Below are positions 1 through 9,721 of a DNA stretch of 64,000 nt, one piece after another. The position numbers and the translations under genes were made by a program. This stretch comes from Flavobacteriales bacterium (lineage in GTDB: Bacteria > Bacteroidota > Bacteroidia > Palsa-965). A model generated the notes under the pieces. It ran no database searches, was not told the DNA's origin, and saw nothing but the letters and a program-made list of their open reading frames with translations. Location: the NCBI GenBank assembly GCA_040377305.1, contig JBEIPA010000005.1, positions 96,001-160,000 on the forward strand. Direction: 5' to 3'. Each line of letters opens with the position of its first letter. The first letter of the stretch is position 1.

Positions 1-987
1 ACGGTATTTGTTGTGGAACGGAGTGTGACGTCCGCCTTCTTCTTTCTTCAATACATAGATCTCAGCGTTGAAATCATGGTGTGGAGTGATAGAACCAGGC
101 TTCGCGATAACCATACCGCGACGGATAGCTTCTTTCTCAATACCACGAAGGAGAAGACCTACGTTGTCACCAGCTTCACCACGGTCAAGAAGTTTACGGA
201 ACATCTCAACACCAGTGCAAGTTGATTTCAACTGCTCTTCCTGCATTCCAATGATTACTACGTCTTCGCCAACGTTGATAACGCCAGTTTCGATACGACC
301 TGTAGCAACTGTACCACGACCAGTGATCGTGAACACGTCTTCTACTGACATCAGGAACGGCTTGTCTTTATCGCGAGTAGGAGTTGGGATATAAGAATCC
401 ACAGCATCCATCAATTCCATGATTTTTTCAACCCACTTAGGCTCTTTGTTCAATCCACCAAGTGCAGAACCGCGGATGATAGGAGTATTGTCGCCGTCGA
501 ACTTGTAGAATGAAAGAAGTTCACGGATTTCCATCTCAACGAGGTCAAGAAGTTCCAAATCATCAACCATGTCCACTTTGTTCATGAACACAACCAACTG
601 CGGAACACCTACCTGACGTGCAAGAAGGATGTGCTCGCGAGTCTGTGGCATAGGACCATCAGTAGCAGCAACAACGAGGATAGCGCCGTCCATCTGAGCA
701 GCACCAGTAACCATGTTCTTCACATAGTCAGCGTGGCCTGGACAGTCAACGTGTGCGTAGTGACGCTTTTCAGTTGCGTACTCAACGTGTGCTGTGTTGA
801 TCGTGATACCACGTTCTTTTTCTTCAGGAGCGTTATCAATTGACGAGAAGTCGCGAATTTCCGCAAGACCTTTCGATGCAAGAACTGTAGTAATTGCGGC
901 AGTCAAAGTTGTTTTGCCGTGATCGACGTGACCAATTGTACCAACGTTCACGTGTGGTTTGGAACGGTCGAATTTCTCTTTTGCCAT
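1..987 (-). CDS. tuf: Elongation factor Tu (3' end runs off the window)
   Basis: Manual translation from ATG at 987: [29 protein letters not shown]...[12 protein letters not shown]...NKVD. Lies downstream of the Thr-Tyr-Gly-Thr tRNA cluster. Confidence 0.99.
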   Translation of the reverse strand, partial: MAKEKFDRSKPHVNVGTIGHVDHGKTTLTAAITTVLASKGLAEIRDFSSIDNAPEEKERGITINTAHVEYATEKRHYAHVDCPGHADYVKNMVTGAAQMDGAILVVAATDGPMPQTREHILLARQVGVPQLVVFMNKVDMVDDLELLDLVEMEIRELLSFYKFDGDNTPIIRGSALGGLNKEPKWVEKIMELMDAVDSYIPTPTRDKDKPFLMSVEDVFTITGRGTVATGRIETGVINVGEDVVIIGMQEEQLKSTCTGVEMFRKLLDRGEAGDNVGLLLRGIEKEAIRRGMVIAKPGSITPHHDFNAEIYVLKKEEGGRHTPFHNKYR

Positions 988-1122
988 AGCTATGGTTTGT
1001 TAATTGTTGTGGTTATTGTGTTTGTTTCGAAACTTACTTTTTAATCTGATTATACTGTGAAAGCCCTTTCTGCAGAAAGAGAATTCGTAATCGCGGTTAT
1101 TAATGCAGTTGTAGCGTGTCAG

Positions 1123-1194
<72 letters not shown>

Positions 1195-1344
1195 GATCAG
1201 GAAAGCGTAATAAAAACTGATAAGCTGGAATCCGATTCCCGTTAGCAGATGCTTTTCGGAATTCGTGAGGAGATAAAATCATTTCTGATTTGTCATTCGT
1301 GATTTACGTTACCTAAAATCTTTAACCACAAATCTGAAATGTTT

Positions 1345-1420
1345 TGGAGCGGAAGACCGGGCTCGAACCGGCCACCCTCAGCTTGGAAGGCTGATGCTCT
1401 ACCAAATGAGCTACTTCCGC
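1345..1420 (-). tRNA. tRNA-Gly(TCC)
   Basis: GCGGAAGTAGCTCATTTGGTAGAGC...CTTCCAA...GGTTCGAGCC...TCCA; CCA encoded. Confidence 0.97.
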
Positions 1421-1513
1421 TTGGTTCAGTGCGCAGTGCACAGTAAGCAGTTGCAGTTTTGAATCTGCATACTGCGTACTGTGCACTGACCACTGCGTAC
1501 TTTTTTTTTCGTG

Positions 1514-1595
1514 TGGGGAGAGCAGGATTCGAACCTGCGAAGACTAGGTCAACAGATTTACAGTCTGTCCTCGTTGGCCGCTTGAGTATCTCCCC
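1514..1595 (-). tRNA. tRNA-Tyr(GTA)
   Basis: GGGGAGATACTCAAGCGGCCAACG...CTGTAAA, long variable arm, GGTTCGAATCC. Confidence 0.97.
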
Positions 1596-1677
1596 AAAGC
1601 TCCTCCCGATTCCCGATAGTTTCGGGACGGATCCGTATTCCAAAATCAACCTCGTTAATCTCTTTTTTTAAATAAAG

Positions 1678-1750
1678 AGCCGGCGAAGGGACTCGAACCC
1701 CCGACCTGCTGATTACAAGTCAGCTGCTCTACCAGCTGAGCTACACCGGC
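1678..1750 (-). tRNA. tRNA-Thr(TGT)
   Basis: GCCGGTGTAGCTCAGCTGGTAGAGC...CTTGTAA...GGTTCGAGTCC. Confidence 0.97.
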
Positions 1751-1807
1751 TAAGTTGGTTGGTTTTGGGTATACGGCGCCACAATTTTTATTGCGCTATT
1801 TTCCTGA

Positions 1808-1819
1808 TTTCAAAGAACT
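1808..1819 (-). promoter_or_regulatory. boxA-like antitermination element in the tRNA-tuf leader
   Basis: AGTTCTTTGAAA between the promoter and the first tRNA resembles rrn boxA. Confidence 0.55.
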
Positions 1820-1860
1820 TTTTGGTCGGTTTTCACCCACCACCTTTCTAAAAAGGACTG

Positions 1861-1868
1861 CAAATGTA
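1861..1868 (-). promoter_or_regulatory. Bacteroidota sigma70 -7 element for the tRNA-tuf operon
   Basis: TACATTTG matches TAnnTTTG. The same motif precedes rpsU (3672-3679), fbp (12831-12838), serS (28565-28572), rplU (29540-29547), kynU (34992-34999), hemL (36897-36904), gcvP (40084-40091) and genes at 43047, 44235, 47292, 50793, 52364, 57574 and 61961. Confidence 0.75.
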
Positions 1869-2033
1869 AGAAAGTTTGTTCACACAACAACTTTGAAAAA
1901 TATTTTTTTGGGTTTTTGGTATAAAAAAGCGCTTTTAAGTGTCGATGACTGAGCCAGAAGCCTGTTTTACAAGGCGAAACGAATCGCTCAAATTGCCCAA
2001 AAAAGGGGCATGAGCCTGCCGGAAATTCCAGAC

Positions 2034-2068
2034 AAAAAGAAATCCCGATCGAGAGACCGGGATTCTTT
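2034..2068 (-). terminator. Intrinsic terminator after hpf
   Basis: AATCCCGGTC-TCTC-GATCGGGATT stem followed by TCTTTTT on the minus strand. Confidence 0.75.
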
Positions 2069-2093
2069 GCTGAACAACGTATTGATTATCAGA

Positions 2094-2414
2094 CTAAACG
2101 ATCTTTGGATCGACTTTTTTGGTCTGAATTTTCTCTTTGTATTTTTTAATCTGGCGAGCAAGCACCTCCACCGAGATGTCCACTGCTTCTTCGAATGTCT
2201 TGCACTGACGCTTCACATAAATCTCGTTGCCGGGAACGTGAATCTTAATCTCTGCCACTTTGTTCGCGGAGTTATCTGCTTTATCCAAGCGCAGGAATAC
2301 TTCTCCGTTAATAATTCCTTCGAAATACTGGGAGAGTTTTCCGACTTTTTCATTGATAAAACCGATGAGTTTTTGATCCGCCTTGAAATGGATCGATTGG
2401 ATTTGAATTTCCAT
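2094..2414 (-). CDS. hpf: Ribosome hibernation promoting factor (HPF/RaiA)
   Basis: MEIQIQSIHFKADQKL...TFEEAVD; rpsU-xerC-hpf gene order typical of Bacteroidota. Confidence 0.9.
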   Translation of the reverse strand: MEIQIQSIHFKADQKLIGFINEKVGKLSQYFEGIINGEVFLRLDKADNSANKVAEIKIHVPGNEIYVKRQCKTFEEAVDISVEVLARQIKKYKEKIQTKKVDPKIV

Positions 2415-2433
2415 AATGTCCTCCTTGTTTTAA

Positions 2434-3348
2434 TTAGGCCCTGGGATGAGCCTTGTGATAAATTGCTTTGAGTTTATCGACAGTGTTGTGCGTGTACACC
2501 TGCGTTGCTGAGAGATTCGCGTGACCTAGTAACTCTTTGATCGCGTTGAGATCTGCTCCGTTGTTCAGCATGTGCGTTGCGAATGTATGGCGTAACACGT
2601 GTGGGCTTTTTTTATCTATTGTTGTTACCAGACTAAGGTAACGTTTGACCTTACCATATACAAACGATCTTGATAGTTTTTTTCCTTGTCTGGTTAGCAG
2701 CAAAAACTGTGCGTTTTCATTGGTACGCTCAGCCAAAATTTGCGAACGTTTTTGGATGTAATTGCTGATCAGTGTTTTGAGTTCGGCTGTCACCGGAATG
2801 ATTCTTTCCTTGTTGCGTTTTCCCAACACTTTTACGGTCCCGGAGCGGAGATTAACGTCCTCAATTTTGAGATTAATTAACTCAGCTAAACGCATTCCCG
2901 TTCCATACAGAATTTCGATTATCATGCGCACCAGATGACCGGTGTATAAATCGTCTTCCGATTCCTCCACAATTCCAACCTGATGGAGTACTTCCATGGG
3001 CTTTTCATCAACAAAAACCGGTAAGCGCGACTTGGTTTTGGGTGTGGTAACTTTCAAAGTTGGATTTACTTTGATGTTGCCTTCGCGTAATTCGAAACGA
3101 TAAAATGCCCGGAGCGAGCTGATTTTTCTATTGATAGATCGTGGAGAAATTTTCTCATCCATCAAACGCGCAATCCAGGAACGTATGAATTGGTGATTAA
3201 CCTCGAGTAACGAGTCGATTTCGTATTCGGTTGCGAGGTAATCGCGAAACTCGATGAGATCGGTGCTGTAAGCGGAGCATGTGTGTGGTGAATACCGTTT
3301 CTCGCGAAGCAGATAATGGAGAAAGTCGGTGTGGGGAGCTTCGGTCAC
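2434..3348 (-). CDS. xerC: Tyrosine recombinase XerC-like
   Basis: EKRYSPHT N-terminus; catalytic motifs GMRLAEL, GKRNKER, SPHVLRHTFATH, LGHANLSATQVY. Probable GTG start at 3348. Confidence 0.9.
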   Translation of the reverse strand: MTEAPHTDFLHYLLREKRYSPHTCSAYSTDLIEFRDYLATEYEIDSLLEVNHQFIRSWIARLMDEKISPRSINRKISSLRAFYRFELREGNIKVNPTLKVTTPKTKSRLPVFVDEKPMEVLHQVGIVEESEDDLYTGHLVRMIIEILYGTGMRLAELINLKIEDVNLRSGTVKVLGKRNKERIIPVTAELKTLISNYIQKRSQILAERTNENAQFLLLTRQGKKLSRSFVYGKVKRYLSLVTTIDKKSPHVLRHTFATHMLNNGADLNAIKELLGHANLSATQVYTHNTVDKLKAIYHKAHPRA

Positions 3349-3444
3349 TATTATATAAAAGAAATACACACAAGTTTACGGTATACTGCGTGAGCAGGTT
3401 CCCGAACTTGTGTGTAATTCCTTACAATAGTATGTTAATACCGC

Positions 3445-3639
3445 TTAAACCTCAGCGTCAAGCTGGAGTCCCTGGCGGTAAATAGCACGAAGCTTAGTTT
3501 CGCGTTTGCGAATAGATGGCTTTGTAAATTTCTGACGGTCGCGAAGCTCACGTACAACACCTGTTTTCTCGAATTTCTTCTTGAATTTCTTCAGTGCTTT
3601 CTCGATTGACTCGCCTTCTTTAACTGCTACTACGATCAT
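3445..3639 (-). CDS. rpsU: 30S ribosomal protein bS21
   Basis: MIVVAVKEGESIEKALKKFKKKFEKTGVVRELRDRQKFTKPS...RAIY; start moved to ATG 3639. Confidence 0.96.
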   Translation of the reverse strand: MIVVAVKEGESIEKALKKFKKKFEKTGVVRELRDRQKFTKPSIRKRETKLRAIYRQGLQLDAEV

Positions 3640-3884
3640 TGTGTTTTTCCTCGAATTTTTTCTTAGGGCTGCAAATGTAGGGGATTTGGATTGTACAAAC
3701 AACCAAAAACTGGGAATTTTGAGTTTAATCACTAAATCTGACCGGGAATAAGGGACGAGGGACAAGGAATGGAGCAAGGTGGACTAGCAAAACTCAATAT
3801 AAAACGTGTTAATCTGATGCAAATTCCGCGTTCCGTAACCCTCATCCCCCATTCCCCATTCCTCATTCCCTACCTTTACCCCTG

Positions 3885-5012
3885 TTGAAACCGAAAAAAA
3901 TACTCGTCCTTGGTCCTGCCTGGCCTTTACGGGGCGGAATTGCCGACACCGATGAGCTGCTATGCAAAGCCTTCATGGATGCGGGGCATTCCTGTGAAAT
4001 CGTTTCATTCAAGCTTCAGTATCCGGGATTTCTTTTTCCGGGAACATCACAGTTTGATCACAACAAGCGGGCACCGAAAATGAAAATTCGTGCGCTGGTG
4101 AATTCTGTGAATCCCTTCAATTGGATTTCAGTCGGAGGGAAAATCAAAAAGGAAAAACCGGATCTCGTAATCGTGCGCTACTGGTTGCCGTTCATGGGTC
4201 CTTCGCTCGGAACGATTTGTCGCAGGGTGAGAAAAAACGGACACACGAAAGTGATTGCACTTGTCGACAATGCAATTCCGCATGAACCACGATTTGGCGA
4301 TAAGCTGTTCACCCGTTACTTCATCAAAAGTTGCGATGCATTTCTGGCCATGTCGCATGCGGTGATCAAAGATTTGAAGTCACTTGGTGTAACGAAGCCC
4401 ACTGCATTCAGTGAACATCCTTTGGTGACTTCATTCGGCGAAGCGACAGATAAAATTTCTGCCCGTAAAAAACTGCAGCTCGATGAAAACGGCAAATACC
4501 TGCTGTTCTTCGGATTGATTCGTCGTTACAAAGGATTAGATCTGTTGCTTGAAGCGATGGGAGATGCACGCATTAAAGAACGCAACGTGAAGTTGATTGT
4601 TGCCGGTGAATATTACGAGGATGAAAGTTATTATACCGAAATCATCAAACGGAATTCACTGGAAAACAATGTCGTTCTGCACACGAAATACGTAGCAGAT
4701 GATGATGTGAAGCATTACTTTAGTGCATGTGATCTTGTAACGCAAACATATCACAGTGCTACCCAAAGTGGCGTTGCGAAAATTGCGATACAATTCGAAA
4801 AGCCTTCGCTGGTTACTAACGTTGGTGGATTGGGAGAAGTGATTGAGCATGGAATATCGGGTTATGTTGTTGCGTCTGACAAGAAAGCGATTGCAGACAG
4901 CATCATTGATTTTTATGATCAGAAGCGCGAGGCAGATTTTGTCAATGCAACGCGGGAAGACAAGAAGAAATACAGTTGGAATGTAATGGTGGAAAAGTTA
5001 TTAAGTCTGTAA
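3885..5012 (+). CDS. Glycosyltransferase family 4 (GT-B)
   Basis: GPAWPLRGGIA N-terminus, FFGLIRRYKGLDLL, ATQSGV, TNVGGLGEV. Confidence 0.9.
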   Translation: MKPKKILVLGPAWPLRGGIADTDELLCKAFMDAGHSCEIVSFKLQYPGFLFPGTSQFDHNKRAPKMKIRALVNSVNPFNWISVGGKIKKEKPDLVIVRYWLPFMGPSLGTICRRVRKNGHTKVIALVDNAIPHEPRFGDKLFTRYFIKSCDAFLAMSHAVIKDLKSLGVTKPTAFSEHPLVTSFGEATDKISARKKLQLDENGKYLLFFGLIRRYKGLDLLLEAMGDARIKERNVKLIVAGEYYEDESYYTEIIKRNSLENNVVLHTKYVADDDVKHYFSACDLVTQTYHSATQSGVAKIAIQFEKPSLVTNVGGLGEVIEHGISGYVVASDKKAIADSIIDFYDQKREADFVNATREDKKKYSWNVMVEKLLSL

Positions 5013-5081
5013 GTATTTAAGTAGGCTAGTCATGAAGACTCGCCTACTTCACGACTTAAAAACTTAAATACTTTATAAAAT

Positions 5082-5666
5082 ATGGATCAACTCGAAAAGA
5101 TAAAATCGAAAATTGAAGCTTCGGCAAAACTGAAAATGTCGCTGTTGTCGAATGAGACATTGCTCAATTCGGTGGTGAATCTGACAACCGAAGTGATTCG
5201 GGCATACCGCGGAGGCGGAAAAATTCTGTGGTGCGGAAATGGAGGAAGTGCAGCTGATGCACAACATCTCGCAGCAGAATTAACCGGTAGATTTTATTAT
5301 GATCGTCCACCGCTGAATTCAGAAGCCTTGCATGTGAACACATCGTATATCACTGCCGTTGCAAATGATTACGGATACGATCACGTTTACAGTCGTATGG
5401 TTGCTGCAATCGGCAAGCGTGATGATGTTCTCATCGGACTTTCGACCAGCGGAAATTCGCCGAACGTGGTGAATGCATTCATCGAAGCCAGGAAGCGCGG
5501 CATGTTCACAGTTGGATTCACCGGAGAATCGGGCGGAGAATTAAAACCTCATTGCGATTTGCTGATTAACATTCCGTCGAAAGACACACCGAGAATTCAG
5601 GAGTGCCACATGTTAATTGGACATACGGTGTGCGAGATGGTGGAAGCGGCGATGTTTCCGAAATAG
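5082..5666 (+). CDS. gmhA: D-sedoheptulose 7-phosphate isomerase
   Basis: CGNGGSAADAQHLAAE, ANDYGY, STSGNSPNV, TPRIQECH. Confidence 0.95.
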   Translation: MDQLEKIKSKIEASAKLKMSLLSNETLLNSVVNLTTEVIRAYRGGGKILWCGNGGSAADAQHLAAELTGRFYYDRPPLNSEALHVNTSYITAVANDYGYDHVYSRMVAAIGKRDDVLIGLSTSGNSPNVVNAFIEARKRGMFTVGFTGESGGELKPHCDLLINIPSKDTPRIQECHMLIGHTVCEMVEAAMFPK

Positions 5667-5890
5667 GAACGCGGATTTTGGAACGCGGATTTTGATGTTC
5701 GTTGTTTTCTATTCGCTTCTTCAGGATGATCACGACAAATTGAAAATTTCAGTCTTTGATTTTATGAGATACGTTTAAGTTTATCTCATAAAATCCAATT
5801 TCCCGCTGCTGCTATTCACCATGCTGATCCGAGAAAACGCTAACACGCCTAGGCTTTCAAAATCCGCGTTCCGTCTTCGAAATCCGCGTT
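5666..5890. repeat. Nested-palindrome element, family A (copy 1)
   Basis: Outer arms (GGAACGCGGATTTT)x2 and AAATCCGCGTT x2; inner perfect 14-bp stem GATTTTATGAGATA/TATCTCATAAAATC at 5758-5795. Confidence 0.85.
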
Positions 5891-5915
5891 ATCTTTTTCT
5901 TTATCTTTATTCAAC

Positions 5916-6317
5916 GTGCTCAACAAACTCTCATTCGGTTTCGCTTCCCTCCTGCTCTGCGGGTTGTTGGCTTCTTCCTGCAAAGAAGAATCGAAATCGC
6001 CCACGTTGAGTTTTAAGGTTGATCCCGCGTACACGTATTCCGACATTCACGTCGCACCGGGAACCACGATTACCGTTGGTGTTATTTGTGATCAGGGAAC
6101 AGATCCGTTGAAGTTGGTGTACTCAGAAGTGGCTTACGATGGAGCGAATGTGGATTCACTATACACGCGACATGTAGTTCCGGAGAATACCGATCATTAC
6201 GAAGTGGATTTCACGATTACCACGCGTAACACGATTGGCACCGAACGCTGGACGTTTAACGTGAATGACAAAGACGGAAGGTTGACTGAGAAGGAAATCA
6301 GAATCGTTTGTCAGTGA
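5916..6317 (+). CDS. Hypothetical lipoprotein
   Basis: Signal peptide with lipobox LASSC; beta-rich mature part. Confidence 0.75.
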   Translation: MLNKLSFGFASLLLCGLLASSCKEESKSPTLSFKVDPAYTYSDIHVAPGTTITVGVICDQGTDPLKLVYSEVAYDGANVDSLYTRHVVPENTDHYEVDFTITTRNTIGTERWTFNVNDKDGRLTEKEIRIVCQ

Positions 6318-6357
6318 TTCCGAGATTTCGGATTCCGCAATTCCGATACAACTTCGT

Positions 6358-6397
6358 AAAAAAAATAAAACCCGTGCTGATAACACGGGTTTCTTTA
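6358..6397. terminator. Bidirectional intrinsic terminator
   Basis: AAACCCGTG/CACGGGTTT stem with A- and T-tracts, between convergent genes. Confidence 0.75.
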
Positions 6398-6513
6398 TGC
6401 ATTGAACTGACTTCGGAATCTCGGAATCCGAAATCACGGAATTGTTAGTCGAAGAACGCCTGCACCTGTCAACCTTCGGCTACGCTCAGTCTGACAATTT
6501 ACAAGTAACCCGG

Positions 6514-7125
6514 TTAATCGAAGAACGCTTGCACGCCAATCGTGAAATCGGGGCTGTAGCTGAACTGCATTTCCGGATCGTTGTTGCTGTTGCGACCGGG
6601 ATAGAGATCAAGAACTTTGCAACGGATATCGAAAGCTGCGTGATCTGAAAAGAACCACGCTAATCCTGCACCGGTATATCCACGTAATCCACTGTTCGTA
6701 GCTTTTGAATCATAATCGGCAGTAGTACCGGTTTTGTATTCGGTGCGCCGATGAACTGCGGAATACTGGTAACCAACGTTCGCAAAAACGTATGGTCTCC
6801 ATGTTTTTTCAGCATCGCGCATGTAGAAACGGAAGCCAGGTGTGACCCACATGCTGACACTTTGATATTTGTCAATCTGCGCCGTGTCCTCAACTTTATT
6901 CATATTCATTCCGAAACCAAAATCGGTTCCAAGACCAAAACTGTTGCCCACGAACCAATATACTTCTGGTCCCAGATTGAAATAATTATATGTGCCGTCA
7001 TCACCATCGAGATCAAAATGAAGATTACCTGTTCCGCCAACTGAGCGCCAACCTTTGTCTGTTGGATGTTGCGCAAATGCAGAAACTGAAATCGTAATAG
7101 CTGCGAAGAGGAGAAGTCGTTTCAT
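6514..7125 (-). CDS. Outer-membrane beta-barrel protein
   Basis: Signal peptide (SAFAQ), amphipathic beta strands, aromatic C-terminus GVQAFFD. Confidence 0.8.
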   Translation of the reverse strand: MKRLLLFAAITISVSAFAQHPTDKGWRSVGGTGNLHFDLDGDDGTYNYFNLGPEVYWFVGNSFGLGTDFGFGMNMNKVEDTAQIDKYQSVSMWVTPGFRFYMRDAEKTWRPYVFANVGYQYSAVHRRTEYKTGTTADYDSKATNSGLRGYTGAGLAWFFSDHAAFDIRCKVLDLYPGRNSNNDPEMQFSYSPDFTIGVQAFFD

Positions 7126-7253
7126 AGTAGAGAAGTTTGTTCCACACTAAGATAAGAACCACGTATAGAATTACAATGTGCCGATGTACCAATATGCCGA
7201 TTAAAATGCCCGATTCATCGGCACACTTGCACATCAACCAGCGCAGCGACAAT

Positions 7254-8795
7254 CTATAGCGGAATATTCCCGTGCTTCTTTCTCGGAAGCTTAGTTGCTT
7301 TATTCTGCAACATCTCAAATGCAGCAATCAGTTTTGCGCGTGTATCTTCAGGAAGAATCACCTCGTCGATGAAACCACGTTCAGCAGCACGGTATGGATT
7401 CGCGAAGGTTTCCATGTATTCCTGTTCTTTCTCCTTCAGTTTTGCAACAGGATCTGTCGCTGCAGAAATTTCATTCTTGAAAATAATTTCTGCTGCGCCC
7501 TTCGCTCCCATCACGGCAATTTCTGCAGTTGGCCACGCGTAGTTCATGTCGGCACCGATGTGCTTGGAGTTCATCACATCATAAGCACCACCATACGCTT
7601 TGCGTGTGATGACAGTAACACGAGGAACTGTTGCTTCACAGAATGCGTACAACAATTTTGCGCCATTGGTAATGATTGCATTCCATTCCTGATCGGTTCC
7701 CGGAAGGAATCCCGGAACGTCTTCGAATACAAGCAACGGAATATTGAACGAATCACAGAAGCGAACGAAACGCGCTGCTTTTGTTGATGAATGAATATCG
7801 AGTACGCCCGCAAGAACTGCAGGTTGATTTGCAACAATGCCTATGCTTCTTCCTGCGAGACGAGCAAAACCGACAACAATGTTTTCCGCAAAGTGTTTGT
7901 GTACTTCGAGGAACGTATTCGCGTCGATGACTTCAGAAATTACTTCGCGGATATCGTATGGCTGATTCGGATTCGCAGGAATAATTTTATTTAAGCCGGG
8001 ACGTTTCTCATTGGCAGAATCGTACTCCAAACGCGGTGCGCTCTCTTCGCAGTTCTGTGGCATGTATGATACAAGCGCGCGGAGATTGCGGATACATTCA
8101 ATTTCATTGGCGCAAGCAAAATGGGTTACGCCCGATTTTGATGCGTGCGTCATTGCACCACCGAGTTGCTCGCTGGTCACTTCTTCATGCGTAACCGTCT
8201 TCACAACGTTAGGGCCTGTGACGAACATGTAGGAAGTATTCTCCACCATGAGAATGAAATCGGTGATTGCCGGAGAGTAAACAGCTCCACCTGCGCACGG
8301 TCCCATGATTGCAGAAATCTGCGGTATTACGCCTGACGCGAGTGTATTGCGATAGAAAATATCCGCATAACCTCCGAGAGAAACAACGCCTTCCTGAATA
8401 CGCGCGCCACCTGAATCGTTCAAGCCGATCACCGGAGCTCCGTTTTTCATGGCAAGATCCATCACCTTGCAGATTTTTTCTGCATGTGTTTCTGAAAGTG
8501 ATCCGCCGAAAACGGTGAAGTCCTGAGAGAAAACGTAAACGAGACGACCGTCGATTTTGCCGTAACCGGTTACAACTCCATCGCCGAGATATTTTTCTTT
8601 CTCCAGGCCGAAGTCTGTAGATCGGTGCGTAACGAGCATTCCAATTTCTTCGAACGAACCTTCATCGAGCAAAAAGTGCAAACGTTCACGCGCAGTGAGT
8701 TTGCCTTTTTTGTGTTGAGAATCGATGCGTTTTTGTCCGCCGCCAAGTTGAGCTTCGGCGATCTTATCGTTGAGGGTTTTGAGCTTGTCGTCCAT
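7254..8795 (-). CDS. pccB: Acyl-CoA carboxylase beta (carboxyltransferase) subunit
   Basis: [59 protein letters not shown]. Confidence 0.92.
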   Translation of the reverse strand: MDDKLKTLNDKIAEAQLGGGQKRIDSQHKKGKLTARERLHFLLDEGSFEEIGMLVTHRSTDFGLEKEKYLGDGVVTGYGKIDGRLVYVFSQDFTVFGGSLSETHAEKICKVMDLAMKNGAPVIGLNDSGGARIQEGVVSLGGYADIFYRNTLASGVIPQISAIMGPCAGGAVYSPAITDFILMVENTSYMFVTGPNVVKTVTHEEVTSEQLGGAMTHASKSGVTHFACANEIECIRNLRALVSYMPQNCEESAPRLEYDSANEKRPGLNKIIPANPNQPYDIREVISEVIDANTFLEVHKHFAENIVVGFARLAGRSIGIVANQPAVLAGVLDIHSSTKAARFVRFCDSFNIPLLVFEDVPGFLPGTDQEWNAIITNGAKLLYAFCEATVPRVTVITRKAYGGAYDVMNSKHIGADMNYAWPTAEIAVMGAKGAAEIIFKNEISAATDPVAKLKEKEQEYMETFANPYRAAERGFIDEVILPEDTRAKLIAAFEMLQNKATKLPRKKHGNIPL

Positions 8796-9066
8796 ACTAG
8801 TTACGAAGATAGATACCGAAGCTGAATGGTACGCGGAAAGGACGGAAAAAACAGATAAAATCGGATTTCTGACAACCAGACCGCGGGCTTCAAAATTTGC
8901 CGCATCCCGATAGTTATAGGGAGCAGATTACGCAGATTTTCTGAGAACAGGATTGTGGCTGGTGATGAGAACCGAGATCTTCGTGGTCGATTAACTACAA
9001 AGGCGCGAAGACGCAAAGGACCGCAAAGTTTGGAGAACAAAATTGTGGCTAAGAGTTTATACCTAG

Positions 9067-9600
9067 TTATTTCACAATCGCATAGTGCAACGCATCATGG
9101 TATTCTCCATTCCGGAAATAGGCTTTCTTCATTTCACCTTCGAATACGAATCCGTTTTTAATTAACACGGAAGCAGATTCTTTGTTGAATGCGTACACCG
9201 GTGCATCGATGCGCAGTAATTTTCGTGTAGTGAATCCGTATTCGACAATTGCTTTCACCGCTTCGGTCATAATTCCTTTTCCGCGATAAGCAGTTGCAAG
9301 CCAGTATCCGATTTCGTCGCGATGTGCTAATCCTGCCACAACATTTTTACCATGATAGCCGCAACCACCTATTGTTTCACCTTCCGGATTCCGGATTGAA
9401 AAGTGAAGCGGGTGTCCGAACGTGTCTTCATGCGATTTGCAAAGCGTAAGAAAAAATCGAGCGTCTTTCTCCTGGTAATTCGCAGGGAGCATTAATGTTC
9501 GTGCAAAAATGTACGGATCATTGAGGTGCTTGATGAGCGAAGAGATATCGTCCTCGGTGGGAGGAGACATAAAATATCCGTTGGAAAGAGCGAGGCGCAT
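9067..9600 (-). CDS. RimJ/RimL-family GNAT acetyltransferase
   Basis: EIGYWL...YRGKGIMTEAV, N..S..VL.KNGF..EG; start moved to ATG 9600. Confidence 0.88.
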   Translation of the reverse strand: MRLALSNGYFMSPPTEDDISSLIKHLNDPYIFARTLMLPANYQEKDARFFLTLCKSHEDTFGHPLHFSIRNPEGETIGGCGYHGKNVVAGLAHRDEIGYWLATAYRGKGIMTEAVKAIVEYGFTTRKLLRIDAPVYAFNKESASVLIKNGFVFEGEMKKAYFRNGEYHDALHYAIVK

Positions 9601-9721
9601 TTTCAGTACGAAGTTGCAAAAATGTTCAATGTTAAACGCCAAAACGCACAATGTTCAACAAAAAATCCCTCAGCCCGTTTTACCGGAAAGAGGGACTCCT
9701 CGAGGATGTATTACTTCTTAA

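Noticed and set aside
2434-3348. Tyrosine recombinase near tRNAs as an island or integron integrase
   Set aside because: It sits in the housekeeping rpsU-xerC-hpf order, I see no IntI-specific insertion, and no att duplication of the tRNA 3' ends was found.
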